This document shows, piece by piece, positions 1-12,949 of a stretch of DNA of 64,000 bases. Source of the stretch: Dicyema japonicum (taxonomy: Eukaryota; Animalia; Dicyemida); assembly GCA_011109175.1 (NCBI GenBank), contig RDEW01000021.1, forward strand, positions 383,080-447,079, read 5' to 3'. The notes beneath the pieces were generated by a model. The model was not told the DNA's origin, ran no database searches, and saw only the letters and a program-made list of their open reading frames with translations. Made by a program: the position numbers and the translations under genes. The stretch's first letter is position 1. The number at the start of each line of letters is the position of its first letter.

Positions 1-3000
1 ACTCACAACATTCACTATGAATATTACAGTCTTGGGGAGTATTTGGACCACAACAAAGTTTTTTGGTTGATAAACGTAGACAATTATGTGTGAAGTTGAC
101 TTACGTAAGACTGAAGTACAGGAATTGTTAAAACAATCCCAAAATCAGATATTTAATAACGGAAAACTTGACTTTTCCCTTAGAACCAAGGGAAAGAGAC
201 TGGAGTGCCTTATTACTAAAGTTATAAATCAGTGTTTGAAGAACTGTCAATTCGCCAATGAACTGATAACATCCCTTAAACAGTGGATTCAGTACTACGA
301 CCAGTTTGATTTTAACTACAACGAGCTCTCATCCAAATTAGAACTCGTGGTTGAGCCATCCAAGACTTTGCAAGGATTGAAACGACAGCAAATTGAATGC
401 GATGTAATTTGTCTGTAGATTGCAGGAAATTTTGCAAGGCTTCAGAGACTTGAAGTCAACTGTGGAGAATTTGAAGATAACCAGCTCACTAATGTCAGTT
501 CACATGCCATCTGATGCGACTGTGGCTTATAAAGACGAACTTAAAGGGTGTGATGCTCTTTGTAGTGAATTTTCCTGCAAACTGAATAATACTATACATC
601 TTGTCCGAGACGCAATGTCAGCACACATATCTGTTATATTTGGTGGATATTCTAGGTGGAGGATGAGTTGAATGACGTAGGTAATATTCTCTCAAGAATA
701 TACGATAAGACACAAAAACTTGATTTGCACAAAAATAAGTTACTCCAGAATTCCGAAATATTGTACTATTACCAGGAGATTGAGGTTACTGGTTTATCTG
801 ATCGCAGGAACTGGAGTCCATGACTGTTTCCGCCAAGAAGACCTTAAAAGTGATATTCTCTAAGATCCCCGTGGAGGACCAGAATTATATTGACCGTAAG
901 TCTATTAATATTGATTATAATGTCTGTTACACATATTTCTACTATAGAACTGAATGAAAAGAACGACATGATTGCTACGATTGATGCGAGTCTGGAGGAA
1001 CTGAAGACCGCCATGCAAGTCATCCTCAAAAACATGAATGAATTTTACGATAAATATCACCATGTGGAGTCGCTAGTTGAAAATTTGGACTCTCAGCTTG
1101 ACAGATTCAGTGAGCTTTATTCGAGTGACATTTCATCTCAATTGGGCACTCTGGAGGTTGTAATGGTTGTTATTTCAGTCATTTTCTGCTTACTTTGATG
1201 AGATTGAAAGTGAATACGGGCTTTTGAAGGAAATTTCTGACAATTCTTCCTGTTTTTTGTCCAACATAAATAAATTTGAAATTGACGAAAAGTGCCTCTC
1301 AATTGGGACTGCATTGTCCAAGTTGAAAAATGAATATGTCACCAAACTGGGCAACTATCGACTACTCTTCAGCCAAATGGACTTAATTCACGGCGAAATC
1401 AATGTATTAGCAGGATTGATTCCTTAGAATTTACTAGAATGGCTGCAAGATATTGAACCTGACGTTGAGACAGTAGTGGGGACAGAGTCTGATGAACAAA
1501 ATGTAGTAAAACTGCTTGAGGGCACAAATGTAGTGATATTAAGCATTTCTAAAGGATATAAGGAAAATGATTTTGCCCAGATATAACAAAGTGAACAGTT
1601 TGACATTGGAGACTGGTCACATGCTCAAAATGGCTGAGGCAAACGATATCGAGGACTTTGCGAGGTCGGTAGAGGACGTTGATATGAGGTTTTCTGATAC
1701 CTTAAAGACAATCTCCGATCGTGAAGTTTGCCTGCAAGTTATTTGTAGTACCAACTCCAAATCCAGGCTATTAACTACGGTCACATAATGAAGGCTTTGG
1801 AGGAGGCTAATAAGTGGATAATAACAACGTTGGATGTGATCTCTTCTATCCACTCAAATGTAGACGACATTCAAAGTATTGAAATCGACCTTTATAGAAT
1901 CAAGGTAAGTGGAAGTGATCACATTATAGAATATATTTGTGGAGGTTGAGGCACATGAGGGAAATATGGAACGAATCAAGGAGTCGGCCTCTGTGTTCTT
2001 TAATGATGGCTCAGAAAACCAATCCGCAGTTTCTCAGATCAATTCACTAGACAAAAATTGGGAGGAGCTAAAAACGCTGTGTAAACAGAAAATTGAATTT
2101 TTGAAATCAGCGATTGACAAAGTTTGCTTGCTAAGTAATCAGATTTCTAACATTGACGAAAGAATATCACATTTGTCGTACCTTCTGGATAATATCAATC
2201 TGGAATTCGAAAATTTGGGAGATTACTCCTGCACAATTACCTCGGCTGAATGTCAGCTGGATGAAATTAACGTGAATTTGTATTTATTCTAGAATATTCT
2301 GGATAAATTGAAAAAAATGGGCGAAAACCTTGAAGACTTGAAATCCTTTGAAACCCCAAACAAGGTAGAATTAACAACACATTTTAGACAAAATCGGTTT
2401 ATGAACGATATGACGTTACTTTGGAGGTTGTCAACAACAAAAAGGTCAGATTTGGCTGTATTTTAGAAACTGACTGAGGAGAATATTAAGAGGATTGAGG
2501 AATATCAGAAGACCTGTCTTGATTTTGAGGAAATTCTAAAATCGTTGGAGGTGAAAATTGGTGGATACAAACCTCCCAGTTTTCTGTATGAGAGAAACAA
2601 AAATCAACTGAAGGAACTCGAGGTTAACTGTGATGTTTAGTTGAGGAATTTCGGGAGATTATTTATCAAAACATAGCCAAAAAGAATAACCTCGAGGAGA
2701 TTGTCATTAAAATGCGTTATTATGGGAGGAAGGGGGACGTTATTGCTATAAACAACTCATTTGATTACTACAATCGGAATTTCTCCAGAATATCTGATAT
2801 TGTTGACAATCGTATTCGGAATGTGGCTAAAATATCCCCGATTGCCCTGAAATTTAAGAACCAGTATGATGCCATACTATCGTGGATTAACGGAAAGAAG
2901 GATGAACTGAAAACGGCTAACCAACAGAAACTCAGTGTTGAGGATCTGGAGGTTCTTCATTCAGAACATCTTGTTTGTCCATTAAAAACTAATTTAAGGC

Positions 3001-5169
3001 ATTTCACGACGGTTTGGTAGATAAACAGGACGAGTATGACAAAGTTAGGTTGTCAGTCCGCAAAATGATTGACGTCTCCCCAAAATCAGACAAATCTACG
3101 TTTGTGGACTTTCTTACTACAATAACCTCTGCCTGGCATTCTCTAATCGGACTTTCATTTCAACGGTTTAAGATCTGATTTACCACAGACAGCGAATCCT
3201 CGACGAGGCCATTACAGTCGGGGGAAGTCTTTCAGATGCTCTGTCTAACAACTTCTCATGGATGATGTCTACCCTTAAGAAGCTACAATTGGAATACGAG
3301 AATTACTATGGCTGTTCAGAGTACATAAGCTCAATGCTGAATAATTGTCAAGTTTTTATATTTTTTACTCTAGATTATAAAACATGATATTGAACAGAGA
3401 CAGAAAATTCTCAGCCTTCTACGAGACAAGATCAATCAAATCGGGGACGTTAATTCAGCTTTCGACAGTTTTGAGGTGGGAAAATACGAAGATATGCTCA
3501 CTTTATGGTCGCAAATACAGAATACTGCAGCCAAAAACTTTATAAATCTAACAGAAGCTCACAAGGAGGTTATATATGAGATCACACTCCAGGTACTACA
3601 ATTTGAGACAAAATTGGATGAAATGAACTCTTTTCTTGATAAGAAACGAGAAGTCATTGATATGAGGATAAATCTGTCGGATACTTCGAGCGATGCCTTG
3701 GAAAGAAGAATTGGTGTGTTTAAGGTGTCCGATGAGGTTATTCCTAGAAAATAGAAGATGAGTTTAGCCGTTATAAGGACAACTTTAATGTCCTCGTGTC
3801 TGAGGGTACGGAGATTATTAGTAAGTGCAATGATGAGTCCGCCAATGAGTTGTCCAAGATTGTGGATTCCTTCATTGATAATTGGAATGAGGTCAGTTTT
3901 GTAGTCATGCTAGACTGAGTCCTTGGTTTCCCTCAGGAAGGGTCAAATGTTGAAGACTATTGGGGATAGAAAGGAGAGGATTAAGCATATTAACAGTCTC
4001 TATGAAGAACTTGCTGCTTTGAAAGCAGAAATAACAGACATTGACCATAATTTCAACTATAATGCCTCATTCTCCCAATTAATGACCATTAGTGACAGAT
4101 TGAAGGTACTATTGGGGAGTACTCTTAGGAAGTCGAGAATAAAATGAAAAATAAGCGTGAATCAGTGGAGGCTGTGATAAGGAAGGATTTAAGGCACAAT
4201 CCAAGTAGCTTTGAGATTAAAAGTAACGTTGGTCGATTCCGAACGAATGGTGTGGCTAAAATAGACAGTTTGTGGAAGGATAGTTGGACGAGGATTTCAG
4301 AGTTGAATAGACAGCTAAAGAAGCTCATGGTAAAACGGGGAGAGGTGGTTTTAGTGTTTATAGCAGATTGAGAAGTTTGATAACTTTTCAGTCCAGGAGT
4401 GGCTGAGTGGTCTCAAGGGGAAAATGAGTCGAAAGAATTTTACCTTCAATAGTCTATTTAACAAAATTGACAAAAATCAGGACGGAGTGATTGATCGGAC
4501 TGATTTCACTATGACGATTCTTAAACTCTGTGGGACTTTGGTGTTACTAGTAGTTCCTACGTGGACTAGTAAAAGTGAGTTGGAGCGGGTCTGGTCTTTA
4601 ATGAAGTATAAACCGCGGGAGGGAGTCAGGCTTCAAAGATTTGTGGACGGTTTTGGAACCCTCGCGAATATTGTAGATTTTTGTGTTAGTCGTAATAGAA
4701 GAGGAAGGAGCGCACTGTAGACTCTGAAATTGACGTGATCTCTCAAAGATGCACGTGTCCGAAGAAGTTTAGTATTCACAAAGTGGGGGAAGGCGTTTAT
4801 AAGGTCTAATTTATTATTATTGATAGTTTGGAGACTCAAGTATTAAAAGACTCGTTCGCATAACTCCCAGTGCTGCTATGGTCAGAGTGGGAGGAGGATG
4901 GTGTCCCCTCCAGGACTTTCTGGTTCGCTACGACCCCTGCCAATGTAGTGAATTTTACTTATTTTTAAGTGAAGCGGCGCACTACGAGTAATAAATCCAT
5001 CCCTGAGAGTGTGGACAGCGCAGAATCTGTAGAAAACAAACTGGTGGTAATTCTTTGTTATCGGTAGAAACAAAATGTTGGTTCAGCTCAGCTGAAATTT
5101 CAGAAAAAACTGATTAGGGATTTTAAACCCACTTCTGGTGTTTCGTCTGTGAATACAAAAACAAGTTAA
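1..5169 (+). CDS. MACF1: Spectraplakin (MACF1/dystonin/shot-like), 5'-partial: spectrin repeats, EF-hand, GAR/GAS2 domain; many micro-introns
   Basis: Helical spectrin-like exons at 86-4371; EF-hand [17 protein letters not shown] (~4455-4505); GAR domain [18 protein letters not shown]|[38 protein letters not shown] joined by a 23-nt intron (4804-4826); further introns 4945-4969 and 5047-5067; TAA at 5167-5169. Confidence 0.88.
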
Positions 5170-5774
5170 ATGTTATATTATTAATCAGAATCGAGTAATC
5201 CCTCCGCTGTGAGTGTACGGTCACTTGCTCGACCGTCGGCAAGTGTGCGTCTTAATTCTCCTATTCCTCCTAAAAAGAGATCTAACGATTCTCGTTGATT
5301 TATTTTTTAACTTTTCGGCATTTTATTGATTTTTTCATTTTATTTCTTAGTTTGATTAATCATTGAAATTAATACTCGTGGAATGTTAGTTAAGTAACCC
5401 CGGGATCAGTAACTTGTAGGAGACCAGCGTCTATTAACTAGGACGCAGAAAATGCCGGTCGCTAACATGGATCGCTCAGTCTTGGCATTTACTAGGATGT
5501 CCTTCTGAACTGGTCTTAACTATCTAACTCGGAATGTTCAATGTGGTATCTCGAGTGATCATAACTTTATTGTGAGACTTCAAGGATATCTTTGGTCTGC
5601 CATTTTTGGAAAACGTTAAGGATTATCAAAAGTCTTATCCACAGTGATGTCAGAGGTGCATCCCCTATAGTCTACCTGCAAACTTGTGAAAGAGCTAATA
5701 AACTTCTCCCATTCACTACATGTAAAGCAATGCAGACCAAAGCCCGCACCCCAGACTTCTTTGGACAAAGCTAT

Positions 5775-6470
5775 TTATTTATAACCCCGTGATCACCGAG
5801 AAAGAAAGACAAATAAAACGCAAGCCAGTTAGGTGATCCCAGTCAGACGTCTCCCATTGTTCCCACTACCGTACGAAATACCCTTCTTTCATCCCTGCAG
5901 AGGAATCCGATTGAGGAAGGGAGAAAATAAAAAAAACATAAGCTTAGCGTAATGTCTTATGGCTCACATGAAATTGTGTCACCCAATCCGGATAGAGCTA
6001 TCAATTTCTCTCACTATTTGGGACTTTCCTTAACCTATGTGCCTCCGACTTCTGGTGTCATCATTGTTCTGGACAGAGCTATTACTCAAGGAGAGTGTCG
6101 GGATCACATATTTAGTTGGCTTGATACACTTACTTGGTGTTCTTGTGATTTCTTTAATAAAATAGTTAAAAATGGTTATACTCTATTGCAGGCATTTCAA
6201 ACAAAGGATTGTTGTACAGTCGACGACATTGGGGACCGTGTCATTAAAATGAGACAATCAGAGAAAAACAACGGATATCTGTCAATGGCGTCAAAATGAT
6301 AGACCTCGGTTATGAGTGTTATACTTGGGCAGAGACGTCCATACGCTGACAGGTCTCGGTTATAAGCGGTTATGAACGTCCCTTATATACGAACGTTCCC
6401 AGAACAACGATACTGAGTACGGGGTGCGTGCTCCCACGTATTTGGAGTAGCATTGGTATTTACTTCTAAA
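5775..6470 (-). mobile_element. Degraded APE-LINE 3' portion (family B)
   Basis: Minus-strand end GGGATCACCTAA...GGTGATCACGGGGTTATAAATAAAT; near-identical architecture at 57555-57620 and 29530-29594. Confidence 0.65.
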
Positions 6471-6559
6471 TGATGTAGCTTAAGTTCATAACATGATACA
6501 TTGGCGATAATTTTAAAAATTTAAAAAAACAATAAATTTTATCTTGTGGAATCCCCTTA

Positions 6560-7560
6560 TAAAGCACAGCGCACATTGACTCCGTTAGAATGCTTATTCA
6601 ACCTCTACCCACCTCACTGTCCTTAACCAAATTATCCTTCAAGACTTTAACACAAACCTCGCCACCTCAAAACCGTCGTTTGCTCGGTCGATTTACTAAA
6701 GGCCTTCGACTCTGTCTCCGGAAAATCCTACCCGAAAATTGTTTGGCCTCTCCATCAATTTTGATCAGTTTCAAGATTACTACCCAATGGCACAAGGTTC
6801 CCTTTTATCACCCGCCTTATTTAACTTAAACATGTCCGATTTACCAAACCCGATAAAGACGACTTTTCTGATGACCTATTAGTCGGATCCCGGACCAAGA
6901 TCTCCTAAAGGCATCAGAAAGACTACAAGAATACCATCACAAGATTCAAACTTGGCTAAGTTATAGCAGGCTTGACATATTTACTGAGAAATCATCTTTG
7001 TCCTTATTAACCTCAGGCAAACGACTTGGACAAATGACCGTGGATATATTTATCAACCAAACTGAAATACCTCTCACAAAAAAACTGAAAATTCTTGGGA
7101 TCACCTTCGTACACATGTCTTATTCTTCTCATGTCGAAGGCATCTCTAAAAGCTTCTTAAGAAATCTAAGAATAATCAAATCTATTTTCTGTCTGCTATG
7201 CCTGTGCTTCCTGGGAAATCAACATGTCTTGGACCAACGAACAGAAAATCAGCGACATTTAGTATCTGCCAGCCATTTATATTGTAATCTCGGGAAACTA
7301 GAAAAACTACTTCCCTTGTCACTTGTAGACCTTATCAAACAAAATGGGAAAGGATTTGCTGCCCTCTGCAGGCAGTGCAACTCCCAACAGTACACAATCA
7401 GGACGTGTCTTACGAGATGGGTATACATCACCCCTCTTTAATTTACATTCCCCAAATCATCCCACCAAGCTGCGTTTGGTCTCTGAAGACACACAAGGAG
7501 AGGATGAGAAATCTGATTGAGGCTGTCGAGATCACTTAATTAATTTATGTACCTAATATT
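6560..7560 (+). mobile_element. Degraded APE-LINE RT to 3' end (family C)
   Basis: Frameshifted RT motifs DLLKAFDSVS (~6690-6720), QGSLLSPALFNL, FSDDL, KLKILGITF; 3' end GAGATCACTTAATTAA...GGTGTTCTTGGGGG at ~7518-7575. Confidence 0.75.
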
Positions 7561-7619
7561 GGTGTTCTTGGGGGTAATAATCTTCCGTTAAGAAGAAAAG
7601 GACACTTGGAACATTAGAA

Positions 7620-8041
7620 ATGTAGTCTGATTCTACACTCAAAATACCTCCAAGTTGGGATACCTGGCATCAGTTCATGCCTTCCTGAAAAGTTTACAAA
7701 GTTCAGAAAGTTTTCAACGAGGATTATGACAATGTTCGGCTCCATCTATGTGTGAACAGTTGTTTTTCTTTCAGAGCTTGTCGTCCCTAATCAAGGTCGA
7801 AAGTGCTAACAAATTTCAGCTGAAAAATTGTCATGAAAAAAAGACACCTCAGGATAAATATCAAAAAGTGAAAACAAAAATTTTGAATGTTTAACACATT
7901 TTTATATTTGGCGCTGTGGAGCGTAGTAGACTTGCAAATTATTAAATACACTTCAATAAGATTACGGTTTTTTCAAAATTGTTAGTGTCCCCTGCTTTTA
8001 TACTCAAGGTACCTCGGAGCTTTTTGAGTTTGGCATGCCTG
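7620..8041 (+). mobile_element. hAT (Charlie/SPIN-like) transposon 3' relic
   Basis: RIMTMFGSIYVCEQLF (~7720-7770) matches the hAT dimerisation motif SMFGSTYxCEQLFS; terminal AGTTTGGCATGCCTG (rc CAGGCATGCCAAACT) ends at 8041. Confidence 0.65.
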
Positions 8042-8385
8042 CTCTGGTGGTTAGCCAGTTTTGAAAGTCCTAAAAATGGGGCTTAGAGAGGATTTATTGT
8101 ATAACTACATTAGGGATTCTTCTCAGCCGATTCCCCCCTCTACGGGCTCAACCAGCTTATTTTTCCAGCTCCAAGGTGGATACATACAAATACAAATCAA
8201 GAACATTTACGAAGTTCTAACTATTCATCCCCCGCAATTTTTCCTCTCACAAAAAATAGAGATCAACTAGTTTCACGGACGGCTACTCAGCGTGGCCAGG
8301 CGTTCCAGGACAAAGACTTTCCCCTTACCGTGAAGTATCAATATAAAAAAGCAAATTTTATTAAAAATGAAAATATAAAAGAAAA

Positions 8386-9806
8386 TCAAATAAATGAGAT
8401 TTTTTTCGAGAATTCTTCAAACGAGAATAGCTTATTGGAAAACCCACGAGGCTCAATAACCAAACGGTCAATCCCTTTACGATAGCAGAGACAAAAGCCC
8501 GTATCATAGGTAACAACATCAGGCAGACACATTAAAATTCTCGACCACATCAACACAAAATACAAACCTGAATAGCCCTGTTTACCAGTCCAACCATACT
8601 AGAGTCCACCATTCCAAACATTTCATTCCGAGATCGAAAAACAGTCGGCAGTCTTACATTCTCAATACAAAGCACGTGGTAAGGAGTGAAATAATGTCCA
8701 ACTATTGCCAATATTCCGTCAGAAAACATCCAAATGACCTAAAATACATATTTAAAGGACATCGTCGATGATCACGGCTGGCATAGAAATGTGCGGGAAG
8801 ACGACTGGGTTGGAATGACAGAAGCTAAAGCCAATGACGTCCACAATGGAGATCACCCAGACAGAATCCTTAGAGCTCTTCGGCAACTATCAATACAACC
8901 GATAAGTCAAACAAATGCTGGCTTGGAATTGGAATTTGATAGGTAGTCGTTGGTCCCCTCGAGTCTGAGACAGCACCGGTTAAGTTGAAGAAGCATATCG
9001 TCCTCATCCTCATTGGTAGTCTCAACCTTTTCAACGATCATTGCTGGGAAAGAAGCGCCAGTTTGTAGGCAGACGACTTTAATTCGATTTCCATAACGAA
9101 TGGGTCCCTCCATTACTTCAAATGAGTCCCCGTCAGGCTGATCTTTCACTTTGGAGGAATTTTGAAACAAATTTACGGAGATATATGGTGAAGGGAGACC
9201 ATTCATCCGCTCCAAAGGTGATCCCAGACTCAGTACAGTGGAGATACCTTGGGAGAGAATGCTGAGGCTTCTGAAGAATTGATATTTGACATGTGGAGGT
9301 CACATTGCCTGGAAATTAAGTCACACTAACTTTCATGATTCTTTTGGTGGGCCTTCTTTGAGGGTTTGGAGACAATCCTCAGATTTCGAGTCGAAAAATG
9401 CATAATTTTGTTTTCTAGTTGCACAATATCAAAGTTGAGGCACGTATGCCTTATTGGGATCTCGTCTGACACGTGCATGCTTTTTAGTTGGCATTTTAGA
9501 TTACTGGGGAGTTAGTGATGGCGAAACTAGTTGAAGTTGCAGATATATGCGTTGGAGGTGTCCCCGATGGTACAGACTCCGAGAAAACGTCCATTTTGAT
9601 TCAACCTGTCAAATGAATCTACAAATTTGTAGGACTTCCACTTTTCGCCGACAAGGAAAATACATGGGGGTGGAACGAGGAACCTTAGTAGTTGTATATC
9701 GATACCTTCTCTCCGAGCCGTATGACTTTTGGATTGTTGAGGGATTTATAATGTAAACTGTATAAAATGATGCCGAGAAAAAATAATTATGTAAATCATC
9801 TATCAT
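8386..9806 (-). CDS. RBPJ: CSL transcription factor (RBPJ/Su(H)/LAG-1), divergent, multi-exon
   Basis: Spliced translation gives QKSYGSERR|FLVPPPCIFLVGEKW, TKSMHVSD, RIVSKPSKK, RYLHCTESGITFGADEWSPFTIYL, GPIRYGNRIKVVCLQTG, QLNRC, and a C-terminal DVVTYDTGFCLCY, collinear with RBPJ motifs. Introns ~22 nt (e.g. 9309-9330). The stop position is less certain. Confidence 0.88.
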
Positions 9807-10699
9807 TGTCCACCAGTTATTATTCTTTTTATAATAAATTAATTTAAATGGATAATTTTATTTTATTTAAAAATTAATTTTTAAATTTGTGGAGCCGTTT
9901 TTTAAATTGTTTAGTTAAATTCTGATGTCCCTGGGTATTTTTATGTGTGTATCGCCTTAAGTCGATTATAGGAACCTGAAGTACCTTTTAATCATTTACC
10001 CAGTTATATTTTCCACGCTGCTCAAAAACACTTGTTATAATGAACGACATTGAGATCTTGGATAGAAGAATCATTAATCAAAAGAAGAGTTATACAGAGC
10101 CTTTGGCTGTCTGGAAAGCTTCTACGTTTCCTTCTGTTTGCGCTCTAGTATATTTACTCCTCTTTTACGCATAGATTTGAGGGTTGTCTTTCTCTCAGAA
10201 AATAGATCACAACATTTTCCTATAGGAGAAATAGAGAAAGGCAGCAACTTAGTTTGCTCTTTGGAGGAGTCTGTATTAGGTCCTTGGGTTTTGACGTTTC
10301 ACAAGTGTCACATTTCTCTTGTACTCGAATATTCGAGTTTGACATCAAAGGCTTCTTTTGTACCTTTAGCAGTGGACTTATGAGGTTGTTCTCTTTCTCG
10401 ACCTCATCCAGCCTTTACTGAATTACAAACTTATTGATTTCCTGAATAGCGACATGACAAGATTTCCTCATTCATTTATCAGACAGGGACGATCACTCGC
10501 TCAACAACACAAAGGAATGTCTCTTGAAATCAATTACCGGCAAAGATTATCAATGTTGGGTCTAATTGTCGATAGCGCAACTCGCATTTCCTAATCAACG
10601 TCGTTTNCATCCAGCCTTTACTGAATGACAAACTTATTGATTCCCTGAATAGCGACATGACAAGATTTCCTCATTCATTTGTCAGACAGGGACGATCAC

Positions 10700-11200
10700 T
10701 CGCTCAACAACACAAAGGAATGTCTCTTGAAATCAATTGCCGGCAAAAATTATCAATGTTTGGTCTAATTGTCGATAGCCCAATTCGAATTTCCGAATCA
10801 ACGTCGTTTAAACAATTACGTTTATGTGTTTTGATATTTGCTAATGCTGAAAATCCAAGTTCACATATGTATAAGTAGTAGAGAACATCAATAATATTTT
10901 CAACCCCTCGACAGCTCATTTCATAAACTTATCTCTGACTTTCAGCCAAAATGAATCAAGTTCCATTTCAGAATACTCGATGTCCTTCACATGAAAACAA
11001 TTCATACATTTCATGTCTTGGTTCATACATTCGTTATAAAACTTTTCCTTGAAAGCTAACGAATTTCAGAACGCCTTAATAGATTTGAATATTTTGATCC
11101 CATTTTTGAATATTTTGAATCACCTGAGAAGCAATTAATTCCGCAAGAGTATAACTGCATTTAATGTAGTTATAGGACAATTTGAAAGTTTTTCCAAAGG
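10700..11200 (-). mobile_element. hAT (ZBED5/Buster-like) transposase C-terminal relic
   Basis: FWLKVRDKF...LLMFSTTY/CELGFSALANIKTHKRNCLNDVDSEIRIGLSTIRPNI matches the hAT dimerisation domain; contains stops and frameshifts. Confidence 0.8.
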
Positions 11201-11268
11201 CACAGGTCACTTGATTTTGCTTTTAGTAGCTCATTAAAATATTCAATAGGTGTGGTTTAATACAAAAA

Positions 11269-12687
11269 TTAAAAGTTTCTATTAAAAAAGGCGGTAAGAT
11301 TAATCGTTCTAACAAGTTCTAAAATAGATTTAACAACATATTCATATTTTCCCTTATTATACAACTTGGATTTCCTCATCTGACACAAAAAGTATATATT
11401 CTCCTCAACACAGTGAATGGCATAGGTAACCTGCACTAATAATTAATAATACCTCTTCGTTTTCCTCATCCTTCATTTTACACAGGGACCCCGTCTTAAA
11501 ATCATTCCTTATGGTCTTCTCAACAAATTCCATGTTGACATCACCGATAGCGCTCTTTTCCTTGAAATATTAACATTGTTAACATTTTTGTAAAAAAATA
11601 AAACGTGTAGCCGACCAATGGCATCTCCGAAAAACGGAGACTGTGTGAAACCCTCAATTTGTTCCCCATCAGCCAACAAATAGACGGACTCCATTTTCAA
11701 TTTCCTAACAAAGCTTACAATTCTTCAGTAATAAGGACGTCAAACCTTAAAATAAACGACGAAGTGGTGATTTTTGTCTCATTTTGAAGTTGCTTCCCCA
11801 ACTCGTCAAAATACAGTCCAAACTGCGGAAAACTCCGATATTACCTTAAAAAGCATCAAATCCTTAAATTCAGTGAAGAATATCCTCAGCTGGCTCTGAT
11901 TGGTGTGGGAACTGTTGATGAGGAACAACCTCCTCGAATAGTACGAGAGAGTTGAATCTTAAACTGAGCACAGTTGAAAACCATCAAAGCTCTTATTTTT
12001 CTGATTTTCCAAGGTCCCATTGACGACATCCAGAGCCAATACAGCATCCAAAGGCTTTAGGGTTAATATGTGCAATAGAGAATTGACGAGGTTTTTCAAA
12101 ATATTCAAATCTGAGATGACTGATGTGGACAGAAGTGTGATAAATTTCATTTTGTTGTCTTGGCGGACTGTCTTTTCGAGGTTTGAATAGATTTGGAGTA
12201 TTTTCCCAACTTGGATGTTTTCCAAGGAAGACAAGGTTTGGAGACTAAATATTACACTAAAGTACGATTCTATGATTAGCATACGACAGTGAAAGAGTTC
12301 GTGTAAATCGGCGATAAAGTTGCTCAAATCCATACCAATCTCCGAGCTCAGTGATCCAAAGAAGTTTTGAATACTTTCGGAAAGGTCATCGTATTCGCTG
12401 TAAATTTTCTAGGATTGGAAAGTATCAGAACTTCAAAGCAGGACGATTTTGAACGCTTAGAAAATAAATTGTTGTAATTCTCTTCCAGGACTAAAATAGC
12501 ATCGAGTTTGGATTTGAGAAGATTAGAGTCAATTTTGTTAGAATATCGGTTTCTGAACTACCATTATAAAATTTCATACTGAATATTGTCTCTGTCTTGT
12601 GATATTGGTGGAGTCATATAGTTCCTTTATAAATGACTTTACATCAGCATCATTTGTTCGGTTATTAGTTGACACTGACAATCCCAT
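11269..12687 (-). CDS. KICS2: KICSTOR subunit 2 (C12orf66/KICS2)-like, multi-exon
   Basis: Spliced product includes CRMLIIESY, LRIFFTEFKDLMLFK|FGLYFDEL, IVSFVRKLKMESVYLLADGEQIEGF and EEVTYAIHCVEENIYF. These parallel recalled human C12orf66 segments [57 protein letters not shown] and QSTYFLTRPEPHF in the same order. Confidence 0.7.
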
Positions 12688-12949
12688 AGTTTATATTTTT
12701 ATTTAAATATATTTAACTAATAAAAATATTATTTAAATCTTTTAAATTATTTACTCTTTAATATGGAAAGTGGTGCGTCTAACTGAAGTTACGGGAACCC
12801 CCAAATGGGGGGAGAAGTTGATGGCTCCTTTCGTTCCTTTCAGGAATGGATGACACCTTATCGGGTGGACCACAAGATACCACGTTAAGCACATGCCAAT
12901 TTTAACGTGTTTTATTTAAATTTCTTAAAGTGAAAGGATTCAAGAACCT

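Noticed and set aside
5222-5245. GC-rich hairpin CACTTGC/GCAAGTG as a Helitron 3' end
   Set aside because: No CTRR terminus at the expected distance and no Rep/helicase sequence nearby.
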